Made by a program: the position numbers and the translations under genes. Below, piece by piece: positions 50,414-58,904 of a stretch of DNA of 64,000 bases (its first letter is position 1; each line of letters starts with the position of its first letter). Source of the stretch: Capsulimonadaceae bacterium (GTDB taxonomy: Bacteria; Armatimonadota; Armatimonadia; Armatimonadales; Capsulimonadaceae); the NCBI GenBank assembly GCA_965215505.1, contig OZ244065.1:2240001-2304000 (forward strand), in the 5' to 3' direction. The notes under the pieces are model-generated. The model worked only from the letters and a program-made list of their open reading frames with translations, was not told where the DNA came from and did no database searches.

Positions 50414-52447
50414 ATGGGCGCGGAAGCGATCTTGATGCCGGCGGTGGGCTGTGCCGCCCGCCTCGTCCATGCCGCCCTGTGGGGCGGGCTGTTCATCGCC
50501 GGGGTCGGCGCGGCCTGCCGCCTGGCCCCCCGCCTGCCGGCTGCCGTCCGCGCGGGCCTCTGGTGGCTGGCCTGCCTCAAGCTGGTCTTCGGCCTGTTCT
50601 GGGCCGCCCCGCTCGCCCTGCCACTGCTCCCCGCCCCCGCCGTCCGCCCCGCAGCCGCCTTCAAGCCTGTCGCCCCGGCTGCCGCCGTACCGCCCTCTCG
50701 GGCCGCCTTCCCCGGCGTGAAGAGCGCCACGCCGCCCCAAACCGGCAGCACGCGGCCCGTCCCGGATGCCCCTGGCCCGTGCCTCTCCTGGCCGCTCGGC
50801 CTGCTTCTTCTGTGGCTGGCGGGCGTCGCCTTCTCGCTCCTGACGGCGCTGGCGCAGGGCATCCGCCTCGCCCGGACGGTGCGGGACGCTTCCCCGGCCC
50901 CCCTCGCGGGCATGGACCCGGACGCTCTGGCCGCCGCATCGGGGCTGCGCCGCACGCCGCGCGTCTTGCAGCACTCCGCCGTGTCCGCGCCGTGCGTGAC
51001 GGGCTGGCTCCAGCCCACCATCCTGCTGCCGCCCGGCCTGGGTCAGACTCTGACGCCCGAGGAGCTGCGGCTGACATTAGCGCACGAGATGGCGCACGTC
51101 CGGCGCGGCGACCTGCGGCTGGCCCTCGTCCCCGCGCTGGCCCGCGCCCTGTTCTTCTTCCACCCCCTGGTCTGGTGGGCCAGCGCCGAGTGGGGCGCGG
51201 CCCGCGAGGAGGCCTGCGACGCCCTGGCGCTGGGCGCGACCGGTGCGTCCCCGGCGCGGCTCGGTCACCTGCTGCTCCGGCTGGCGTCCGGCGAGGCGAG
51301 CGCGCCCGCCCTGGGGCTTTCGTCCGGCTACCACGGCCTGCGCCGCCGCCTGGTCGGGCTGACGCGGACCGCCAGGGAAAGCCGCACACTGTCCCGCTGG
51401 CTGCTGGCCTGCGCCCTGCCCCTCCTGCTCCCCTGGCGTCTGACGGCCGCCGCGCGGGTCCTGCCCGCCGCGCCGACCGGGGACGCCGCGCCGTCATACC
51501 AGGTTACGGACATGGGCGAGATCGGGGACGGCAGCGCATTGGCCCTGAACGACGCGGGCCAGATCGCGGGCGCGACCCCCGGACCCGACGCCCTCGCACA
51601 CGGCTTCGTCTGGGACGCGGGCCGGGCCGTGCCGACGGGCGCGCTGCCCAAGCACCACGCCAGCATCGCCTACGGCATCAACAGCCGGGGCCAGGCGGCT
51701 GCCGCCTCCTACAACATTCCGGGCCGGGGCCGCGCCTTCCTCTGGGACGGCACCCCGCACCGGCTGGGGTCGCTGCCGGGCTACCCTTACAGCGAGGCGC
51801 GCGGCGTCAACGACGCCGGGCAGGTCGCCGGCTCGGCGGAAACCGGCGGCCACGACCGCTGGCGGGCCTCAGTCGCTCGCGCCTTCCTCTGGGATTCGGG
51901 GCAGATGACCGACCTGGGGACATTGGGCGGACCGTACAGCCGCGCCTACGGCATCAACGGCGCGGGCGTCGTCGTCGGCAAGGCCGACACGTCCGTCTTC
52001 GGCCAGACCCACGCCTTCACCTGGGCGGACGGCCAGATGACCGATCTGGGGACATTGGGCGGCGCGAACAGCCTCGCCTACCGTGTCAACGACCGGGGCC
52101 AGGCCGTCGGCTACTCCGAAACCGGGCCGGGCGCGACCCGCCACGCCTTCCTGACGACCGAGGGTGTGATGCACGACCTGGGCACCCCGCTGGGCTTTGA
52201 TGACAGCGTCGCCTACGATGTCAACGGCGCGGGCGAGGCCGTCGGGGCCGCCGCGACCGCGCCCGACTCCCCCGGCACGCGCGCCCTCCTCTGGCGCGGC
52301 GGCCATACGATTGACCTGAACGGCCTGCTCCCCGCAAATTCCGGCTGGACTCTGGAGGAGGCTCGCGCCATCAACGGCCGGGGCCAGATCGCTGGGACGG
52401 GCCGCTTCCACGGGGCACCCCGCGCGTTCCTGCTGACGCCGCGCTAG
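50414..52447 (+). CDS. BlaR1-like M56 metallopeptidase fused to HAF-repeat propeller
   Basis: LAHEMAH, FFHPLVW, REEACD; then repeats DLGTLGG..S.AYGIN..G.VVG...HAF.W. Confidence 0.92.
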   Translation: MGAEAILMPAVGCAARLVHAALWGGLFIAGVGAACRLAPRLPAAVRAGLWWLACLKLVFGLFWAAPLALPLLPAPAVRPAAAFKPVAPAAAVPPSRAAFPGVKSATPPQTGSTRPVPDAPGPCLSWPLGLLLLWLAGVAFSLLTALAQGIRLARTVRDASPAPLAGMDPDALAAASGLRRTPRVLQHSAVSAPCVTGWLQPTILLPPGLGQTLTPEELRLTLAHEMAHVRRGDLRLALVPALARALFFFHPLVWWASAEWGAAREEACDALALGATGASPARLGHLLLRLASGEASAPALGLSSGYHGLRRRLVGLTRTARESRTLSRWLLACALPLLLPWRLTAAARVLPAAPTGDAAPSYQVTDMGEIGDGSALALNDAGQIAGATPGPDALAHGFVWDAGRAVPTGALPKHHASIAYGINSRGQAAAASYNIPGRGRAFLWDGTPHRLGSLPGYPYSEARGVNDAGQVAGSAETGGHDRWRASVARAFLWDSGQMTDLGTLGGPYSRAYGINGAGVVVGKADTSVFGQTHAFTWADGQMTDLGTLGGANSLAYRVNDRGQAVGYSETGPGATRHAFLTTEGVMHDLGTPLGFDDSVAYDVNGAGEAVGAAATAPDSPGTRALLWRGGHTIDLNGLLPANSGWTLEEARAINGRGQIAGTGRFHGAPRAFLLTPR

Positions 52448-52455
52448 GAGTCCGC

Positions 52456-53532
52456 ATGCGGGTTTTGTTCCTGTTACCGCTCCTAGCCTTGTTCTCCCTG
52501 CCCACCCTACCGGCGGCTGACACGTCCACCGCCCGGTTCGCCGTGACCGACTTGGGCGCGATCTCCGGTGTGGATGGGTCTGTGGGGGCGCTGGCCCTCA
52601 ACGACCAGGGGCAAGTCGTCGGCGGGGACAGCCACGCTCTTCTCTGGGACAAGGGCAGAGAATATGACTTAGGCGTCCTGCCTCCGGGGCCGCCGGAGGA
52701 TGATATCAGCAGCACCGCCTATGGCATCAACAACCAGAGCCAAATCGTGGGGGGTTCGGGCGGCTTCGGCCCCATTTTCATGAGCGGCTTGCAGTTCGAG
52801 CGCGGCTTCCTCTTTCAGAAAGGCACCCTGCGTCAGTTGACCCAAGAAGGTGCTTCCTTTGAGCCTCGCGCAATCAACGACAAGGGCCAAATCGTCGGGC
52901 TGGATGCCTACCGGGGCTTCCTCTACCAGAACGGCAGACTGCTCCTGCTCGGCACGTTGAGCCATGTGCCGGTCGGCAACCGCAGCGCCGCCCGCGCCAT
53001 CAACAATTCCGGGCAGGTCGTCGGCTGGAGTACCGTCAATAGCCTCCGCCGAGTCACGGCGAGAGAGCTGACCACACACGCCTGCCTGTGGCGGACGAGT
53101 GGGAAGGCCGTCCGGCAGCGCGACTTGGGCACCCTGCCGAGCTGGGTCAACAGCTACGCCTACGGCATCAACGACCGGGGAGAAGTCATCGGGTCCGTCA
53201 GCGACACCACCGGCGGCACCTACGGCGTCTCCCCGGACGCACATGCCCGAGCGTTCCTTTGGCGCGGCGGAAAGATGACAAGCCTCGGCACCCTCCCCGG
53301 CAGCCACAGCAGCGAAGCGTTCGGCATCAACAACGCGGGCGCGGTCGTCGGCCAATCAGGAGGCAGAGCCTTTCGCTGGCAAGCGGGTCACATGCGAAAC
53401 CTAAACTCCCTCCTCCCCGCCGGGTCAGGCTGGGTTCTGGCGGAAGCCCGCGCCGTTAACAACAGAGGCCAGATCGCCGGCAACGGCACGTTCCATGGTA
53501 AGCCTCATGCTTTCCTGCTGACGCCACGGTAG
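52456..53532 (+). CDS. Secreted HAF-repeat protein
   Basis: Signal peptide; AYGINN.GQ.VG repeats; ends HAFLLTPR. Confidence 0.9.
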   Translation: MRVLFLLPLLALFSLPTLPAADTSTARFAVTDLGAISGVDGSVGALALNDQGQVVGGDSHALLWDKGREYDLGVLPPGPPEDDISSTAYGINNQSQIVGGSGGFGPIFMSGLQFERGFLFQKGTLRQLTQEGASFEPRAINDKGQIVGLDAYRGFLYQNGRLLLLGTLSHVPVGNRSAARAINNSGQVVGWSTVNSLRRVTARELTTHACLWRTSGKAVRQRDLGTLPSWVNSYAYGINDRGEVIGSVSDTTGGTYGVSPDAHARAFLWRGGKMTSLGTLPGSHSSEAFGINNAGAVVGQSGGRAFRWQAGHMRNLNSLLPAGSGWVLAEARAVNNRGQIAGNGTFHGKPHAFLLTPR

Positions 53533-53544
53533 ACTAACACTTTT

Positions 53545-54426
53545 ATGAAGTCGCTCCTCGCTACGTTCGGCGCTTTTTTGGCAGTGGCCGCCCTTTTATG
53601 GATATGTGGGTGCTTCGCCGACATGCGGCCTGTCATGGACGCGCAGGCGGCTTCCCAAGTCGGGAGCGGCCCCTACACGCCTTCTGCCAGGCGTCCGCCT
53701 CCCGGAAGCCGGGGGCCTCGGTACAGTGTGGCAGGAATCAGGGACGCGCGGCCAAACGGATGCGGCGCGGCACTCGACATCCGCGGGGTCGCACCGGGCG
53801 TCTTCCGGACCGGGGTGGATCATCCGGATCTGCGCGGCCCGGCCCCGCCAGATATTCGGAGCAGACGCTTCCAGTCTCTGCCGGGGTATCCGGAAGTATA
53901 CGCGCTCGCCGCCGATCACCATGGTCAGGTTGTCGGCTACTGCAAGTCCGTTGGGAGCGGTGCGTGGATGCGGGTACAGGCCCACGCGCTCCTGTGGCGG
54001 CGGGGCCGCGTGCGCGCTCTGGAGACGCTGCCGGGCTATCAGATCACCCACGCCACTGCAATCAGCGACCGGGGCCTGATTGCGGGCGATGCGACCGTTG
54101 ACTCCTTCCCTGGCAGCAGGGATGATCCCGGCCATGCCGTTTGCTGGGTCGGCGGCAGGGTCCGCGACTTGGGGACGGGATGGGCGATAGCCGTCAACGA
54201 CGTGGGGGAGATCGTGGGCGACTCGGGCACGGGGCCGGCGGACTATTTCCATGACGCCCACGCCCTACTATGGACGCGCGGCTACCGGTACGACCTGAAC
54301 GACCGCATCCCGCCCCGCTCCGGCTGGCTGCTGGTGCAGGCGACGCGCATAGATGATCGTGGGCAGATCGCCGGATGCGGCACTCTCCACGGGGTGGCGC
54401 ACGCTTTCCTGCTGACGCCGGACTGA
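53545..54426 (+). CDS. Divergent HAF-repeat protein
   Basis: N-terminal hydrophobic segment; fewer, degenerate repeats; ends HAFLLTPD. Confidence 0.8.
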   Translation: MKSLLATFGAFLAVAALLWICGCFADMRPVMDAQAASQVGSGPYTPSARRPPPGSRGPRYSVAGIRDARPNGCGAALDIRGVAPGVFRTGVDHPDLRGPAPPDIRSRRFQSLPGYPEVYALAADHHGQVVGYCKSVGSGAWMRVQAHALLWRRGRVRALETLPGYQITHATAISDRGLIAGDATVDSFPGSRDDPGHAVCWVGGRVRDLGTGWAIAVNDVGEIVGDSGTGPADYFHDAHALLWTRGYRYDLNDRIPPRSGWLLVQATRIDDRGQIAGCGTLHGVAHAFLLTPD

Positions 54427-54430
54427 AGCT

Positions 54431-54844
54431 ATGAAGACACGAAAAATCACCAAGAAACGAACGGCGCTGTCAACCGCCCTCATCACCGGGGCGATCCTCT
54501 TCACCCTGAATGCTGGGGTGTTCCTCGCGATTCTCATCGCCGACACCGTTCAGGGGGTGCAGACGGGGACGGCCCTGCCCCAACGGAGTCAGCCCTCCGG
54601 TTGGTTCCATCTGCCCCTCATGCTCCTCACTGCCGCCGCCGTGGCCGCCTTCCCCATCGGGCTGTGGGGGTGCGTCCTCCGACGGCGTGCCGTCGCCAAG
54701 CGCCTCTCGACGCCCGCCCCACACGGCAAGTACCTCCTCTGGGGCCGGAACCTGCGCCGCCATGCGAGCATCCCGGCGCGGTACGGCGGCCTGCGGCCCC
54801 CGAAGCCTCTGCGCCCCACGCGCCGCCGGACGGGCCTCCGGTAG
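54431..54844 (+). CDS. Small membrane protein (2 TM)
   Basis: Starts 4 nt after the preceding stop; two hydrophobic helices. Confidence 0.6.
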   Translation: MKTRKITKKRTALSTALITGAILFTLNAGVFLAILIADTVQGVQTGTALPQRSQPSGWFHLPLMLLTAAAVAAFPIGLWGCVLRRRAVAKRLSTPAPHGKYLLWGRNLRRHASIPARYGGLRPPKPLRPTRRRTGLR

Positions 54845-54917
54845 TAGCCCCCTTTGACAGACCCCCCCGGTCGGTGCGCTACAATGAAGACGAGTCTAAG
54901 CCGAGTGGAGGGGAAAC

Positions 54918-55433
54918 ATGACACCGACAGAGGAACAGACGGATCAGGAGCTAGTCACGCTGCTGGCCGAGCGGGGCGGCACCTGGGAGGCTTCCAAGGC
55001 GCTGGCGGAGCGCGGGAAGGCGGCCATGGGGGCATTGCTCGGGGGCCTGGAACACCCGGACGCCAGGGTCCGGGCGGCCTGCGCGCTGCTGCTGGACCAC
55101 ATCGCCGACGACGGCTGCGTCGGGCCGCTGCTCCAGGCGATGCATCACGATCCGCACGGGGCGGTGCGCCGGTGCGCGATGCATTCCCTGGTGTGTGACG
55201 GCTGCAAGGAGTGTCCACTGGATACGGACGTAGTAGGGGCGCTGATCGAGTCGGCGCGGACGGACCGGAGTCGGGCGGTGCGCCGCCGGGCCATCTTCTA
55301 CCTCTCGCAGCAGCGGCCCGACGCGCGGACGAGTCCTGCGCTAAAGGCTCTGCTCGCGGGCGAAACCGATGCGATCACCCGAAAGCGGGCGCAGAGGGCG
55401 TTAGCCAAGGCCATTCAGTTTGCGGGCGGTTGA
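54918..55433 (+). CDS. HEAT-repeat protein with CxxCxxC motif
   Basis: HPDARVRAAC, DP..AVRRCA and CDGCKEC; GGAGG SD. Confidence 0.85.
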   Translation: MTPTEEQTDQELVTLLAERGGTWEASKALAERGKAAMGALLGGLEHPDARVRAACALLLDHIADDGCVGPLLQAMHHDPHGAVRRCAMHSLVCDGCKECPLDTDVVGALIESARTDRSRAVRRRAIFYLSQQRPDARTSPALKALLAGETDAITRKRAQRALAKAIQFAGG

Positions 55434-55533
55434 AATCGCAGCAACAAAGGCACAAAACCTGCCTTCGCAGGTTAAGAGTCTGAGTCGCCGGAGGGCGACT
55501 TTGTGTTTTTGTTGGCGCGACTTCAGTCGCCGG
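55423..55533. repeat. Palindromic doublet element (family E) supplying the HEAT gene stop
   Basis: GGCGGTTGAAATCGCAGCAACAAAGGCACAAA with imperfect inverted TTTGTGTTTTTGTTGGCGCGACTTCAGTCGCC; internal hairpins. Confidence 0.7.
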
Positions 55534-55596
55534 CTTGGGAGATGTCTATCAGGGCATTGGCAGGATTAGAGGCGGGGGGCGGCGAATAGAACCGGC

Positions 55597-56709
55597 ATGG
55601 CGCAGGAAGTAGTTCGGGAAGTGGCGGCGGGGCAGGCGGCGACAGGGGAGCGACAGGAAAAGGGCGGGCCGGCGCGGCTGGGCGCGCTGGACGTCTGCCG
55701 GGGCCTGGCGATCCTCGCCGTCCTCTTCATCCACGTCTCCGGCCACTTCCTGCCCGCCCTGCACCCCGCGCGATCACACGCGCCGCCGACCTGGGCGTGG
55801 TACGCCTTGGCCGTGCCGAACCAGGACGCGCAGTGGGCAGTGCCCTGCTTCCTGATGCTCAGTGCCTTCGTCAATGCCCTAAGCCTTTCGCGCGGGAACG
55901 ACGTGGGCCGCTACGCCAAGCGCCGGGTGCAGACGGCCCTGGTCCCCTACCTCCTGTGGAGCGCGGTCTACATCGCGGTCAATGTCCTCATCAAGCACCA
56001 GCACGCGCCGGGCATCCGGGCGACTTTGACGCTGCTCCAAAACGGGACGGCGTACTTCCACCTATACTTCTTCGTGCTGGTGCTGGAGATGTACGTCCTG
56101 CTGCCGCTCGTTCTCCCTTTGTTCCGACGCCGACCGCCCTTCTGGGCCGTCGCGACGGGCGCGGTCGTCTTGCAGGCGGCCATTTACGGCCTGAACCGCT
56201 ATGTCTTCCCGCACCGGTTCCAGACGACCATTCTGTGGGACGTCCTGCCGGTCGCGCTCGGCCTCTGGCTGTTCGGCCAGTCGGCCCGCTGGCCCCAGAT
56301 CTTCCGCCGGGGCGCGTGGGGGGCAGGGGCGGTGACGCTGGCCGCGTTCGCCCTCTACACGCCGCTGGCCGTGGCGGCGATGCTGCACCGGCCGGTCAAC
56401 ACGGCGGAGTATCAGTTCGGGCAGTGGGGCTTTACGGCGGGGATGAGTTTCCTGGCGTTGGTGCTAGCCGACACGCTGGGGCGCAGACCGTTGACGGCGG
56501 TGCTAGGCTACCTGGGAGCGGAGTCGCTGGCGATCTACGTCATGCACCCGCTGGCGATTCTGGCACTGGATACGCTGGGGGTGAACAGGGTCGTGGGCGC
56601 GGGGGTAGGAGTGATAGTCTATTATGCCGCCTGCCTCGCCCTGCCGCTGGCGGCGGCGTGGATTTGGAAGCAGGGAAAGACAATGGTAACGGAAAAGGCA
56701 TCCGCGTAG
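55597..56709 (+). CDS. Acyltransferase family 3 membrane protein
   Basis: LDVCRGLAILAVLFIH, AVPCF..LS, PYLLWS and SLAIYVMHP motifs. Confidence 0.92.
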   Translation: MAQEVVREVAAGQAATGERQEKGGPARLGALDVCRGLAILAVLFIHVSGHFLPALHPARSHAPPTWAWYALAVPNQDAQWAVPCFLMLSAFVNALSLSRGNDVGRYAKRRVQTALVPYLLWSAVYIAVNVLIKHQHAPGIRATLTLLQNGTAYFHLYFFVLVLEMYVLLPLVLPLFRRRPPFWAVATGAVVLQAAIYGLNRYVFPHRFQTTILWDVLPVALGLWLFGQSARWPQIFRRGAWGAGAVTLAAFALYTPLAVAAMLHRPVNTAEYQFGQWGFTAGMSFLALVLADTLGRRPLTAVLGYLGAESLAIYVMHPLAILALDTLGVNRVVGAGVGVIVYYAACLALPLAAAWIWKQGKTMVTEKASA

Positions 56710-56730
56710 GGGCGCGATTCATCGCGCCCT
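56706..56730 (+). repeat. REP family A; its GTAG contains the acyltransferase stop
   Basis: GTAGGGGCGCGATTCATCGCGCCCT. Confidence 0.85.
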
Positions 56731-56760
56731 CCTATCGCACCTTCCGTCATCGGCGCAGGT

Positions 56761-57126
56761 TCATATCCGCCAGAACGCCTCGTCGGGCGCGTCCGGCGTC
56801 GGCAGGGCGCGGGCGGCGCAGCCGACCAGGACGGGTTCCAACGGTGTGCGCGGCTCGCGGACGCCGCAGGCCGCCGCGCCCGGTTCGTCATCTCCCGCCC
56901 CGCCCCTCGCCGCGATCTTGTATCCCTCAGCGACCAGCGTAGCCAGTTGCTTCAGTACGAGTTCTGGGATTTCGTCGCCCCGCGCGTCCTGCCCCACCTC
57001 GGCGGCGTGACGTAGGTAGACTTCTTGTAGCAGCTTGAACCGCCACTGCCCGACCGGCTCTATCCCCGCACTTCGGCAGCCCAGCAAATAGCACTCGTAG
57101 TCTTTGTCAGTGTCATCGTAAGCCAT
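56761..57126 (-). CDS. Hypothetical protein
   Basis: GGAGG SD before ATG 57126; 121 aa. Confidence 0.6.
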   Translation of the reverse strand: MAYDDTDKDYECYLLGCRSAGIEPVGQWRFKLLQEVYLRHAAEVGQDARGDEIPELVLKQLATLVAEGYKIAARGGAGDDEPGAAACGVREPRTPLEPVLVGCAARALPTPDAPDEAFWRI

Positions 57127-57197
57127 CGCCCCAACCTCCGTAATCCAGCAGTGTCGGCAAGCGAACACCACCATTGTAACACGGCTCGGGCGGGCCG

Positions 57198-58481
57198 TCA
57201 AGCGGGTGAAGGAGCGCCTTCGGCACGGACCGTGACCCGCACCGGGACGTTGGCGGCCAGTGGCAGGCTGACCGTGACGAGGGAGCCGCGCATCAGCCAG
57301 CCGCCTGTCTGGAGATGGGCGACATCCTGCGCCTGCGCCGCCGGGAGGCCGCCGATCGTAACGCGCGGCGACTGATACAGCGGCCAGGGCGTCGGCACGG
57401 AGAGCGTCAGGACGTCCGTGTCGAACGGGCAGGTGACGGTCAATTCTATTTCATCCGGCGTCGCGCTGACCTCCCAGCGGGCGGTCCGGGCGGCAAGGAA
57501 GCGGCGGGTCATGTCGGACAGCCTGCACCACTCCACCTGGCTGCCCCAGAGCGCGGCGACGCGCCGGGCGACTTCCTGATGGACGCGCAAGCCCAGCCCG
57601 CTGCCGCTGGAATAGAGCGACTGCCAGTGCGTGACGAACACGAGCGGCCCGCCGCCGCGCTTCAGTTCGGCCAGACGCCCGCCCGAACCGTCGGCAGTCA
57701 GAAGGCGGTCGGCCAATGTCTCGGGGGCCTGCGTTTGGTCCGGGTGGCCCGGCTCCTGCGTGTTCCAAACCTCATCGTCCGTCCCCGTCCAGACGCTGAC
57801 GACGGCCTCCCCCGCCGCCGCGTCCAGCAGGGTGATGCGCGGCGGGACGAAGGGGCTGACCGAGTCCATTTGCAGGAAGTTATGGGTGACGCGGCGGCCG
57901 TTGACCCGCGATTCCGCCGCCAGCAGGGCGTGGGCGTACAGCGCTTCATCGCCCCGGTAGAAGCAGGGCTGGGTCAGGCCATGATTGGGCAGCCCGGCCT
58001 CGCCCAAGATCTGCATGGCCGACGCGAAGTAGTCGGCAAGCGTCCCCTCGTCCTGCTGCTCGCTCCACTCGTGTTCACTCTGGGGCAGCAGGCGGCCCGT
58101 CGCGACATCGAGCGCCCGCGTGTGGGTCAGAATCTCGCAGTGGATGTCGAACTGCGGCATGACGACTTCGCGCGCCAGACTCAGCCACGCCCGCAGTTCG
58201 TCCGTGTCGAACCCCTCCAGCGCGTTGTCTATGCGCCCCAGCCCGGCGGGGAAGGGCAGGATCGTGAAGTCGCCCCGGACGCCCGAGTCGGACACCCACC
58301 GGCACCACGTCTCCATGAAGGACAGGGGGATGGTGCGGGGATAGACCGGGGCGGCCTGACCATCCACCTGATGGCGGAAGTACCAGAGCGGGTTGATGCA
58401 GGGGGCGGGGTCGTCCATGATCAGCGAGATCGGGACGCGCAGGTTGGGGTGTTCGACGAACGGCTGGGGCGTCAGCGGCAT
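57198..58481 (-). CDS. Hypothetical protein, NodB/deacetylase-like barrel
   Basis: ISLIMDD, H..LTH and FVTHWQ motifs. Confidence 0.6.
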   Translation of the reverse strand: MPLTPQPFVEHPNLRVPISLIMDDPAPCINPLWYFRHQVDGQAAPVYPRTIPLSFMETWCRWVSDSGVRGDFTILPFPAGLGRIDNALEGFDTDELRAWLSLAREVVMPQFDIHCEILTHTRALDVATGRLLPQSEHEWSEQQDEGTLADYFASAMQILGEAGLPNHGLTQPCFYRGDEALYAHALLAAESRVNGRRVTHNFLQMDSVSPFVPPRITLLDAAAGEAVVSVWTGTDDEVWNTQEPGHPDQTQAPETLADRLLTADGSGGRLAELKRGGGPLVFVTHWQSLYSSGSGLGLRVHQEVARRVAALWGSQVEWCRLSDMTRRFLAARTARWEVSATPDEIELTVTCPFDTDVLTLSVPTPWPLYQSPRVTIGGLPAAQAQDVAHLQTGGWLMRGSLVTVSLPLAANVPVRVTVRAEGAPSPA

Positions 58482-58542
58482 GGCTCACCTCTGGGATGTC
58501 TATGGAGCAGATTTGGCCTGCCAGTGGGGTATACTCCAGGCC

Positions 58543-58731
58543 ATGGTACAAGTGACTTGGGAAGAAGTCAAGCAGGGAACGGAGTTCGTCATCACGCGCG
58601 ATGACGCCCCCCTGGCACACCTATCGCCTGTTCCTAAAATGCGGCAACTGGGGAGCGCGGTGGGCATAGTCACCTACATCGCGGAGGACTTCGACGCACC
58701 ACTGGAAGACTTCCAAGAACACACTGATTGA
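58543..58731 (+). CDS. Orphan Phd/DUF2281-like antitoxin, possibly internally deleted
   Basis: EFVITRDDAPLAHL.P and GSAVG...EDFDAPLEDF motifs. Confidence 0.7.
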   Translation: MVQVTWEEVKQGTEFVITRDDAPLAHLSPVPKMRQLGSAVGIVTYIAEDFDAPLEDFQEHTD

Positions 58732-58803
58732 TGGCATGTAGCGGCTTCCGCAGGTAACGCGACAAACACGGACACGGCAACAGGCGATTGCGGGCAGGTG
58801 CGG

Positions 58804-58890
58804 AGGGCGCAGCGAGCAGCGTCCCTACCCAGGTTTCCTCTTCTGTCCCCTGGACAGGTCCCCCTCAGCGAGTGAGTTCATCCACTCGTC
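58804..58890. repeat. REP family A copy plus family D half copy
   Basis: REP at 58804-58828; the reverse complement of 58843-58890 aligns with 31024-31072. Confidence 0.75.
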
Positions 58891-58904
58891 CTCCCCGTCT
58901 TTCC

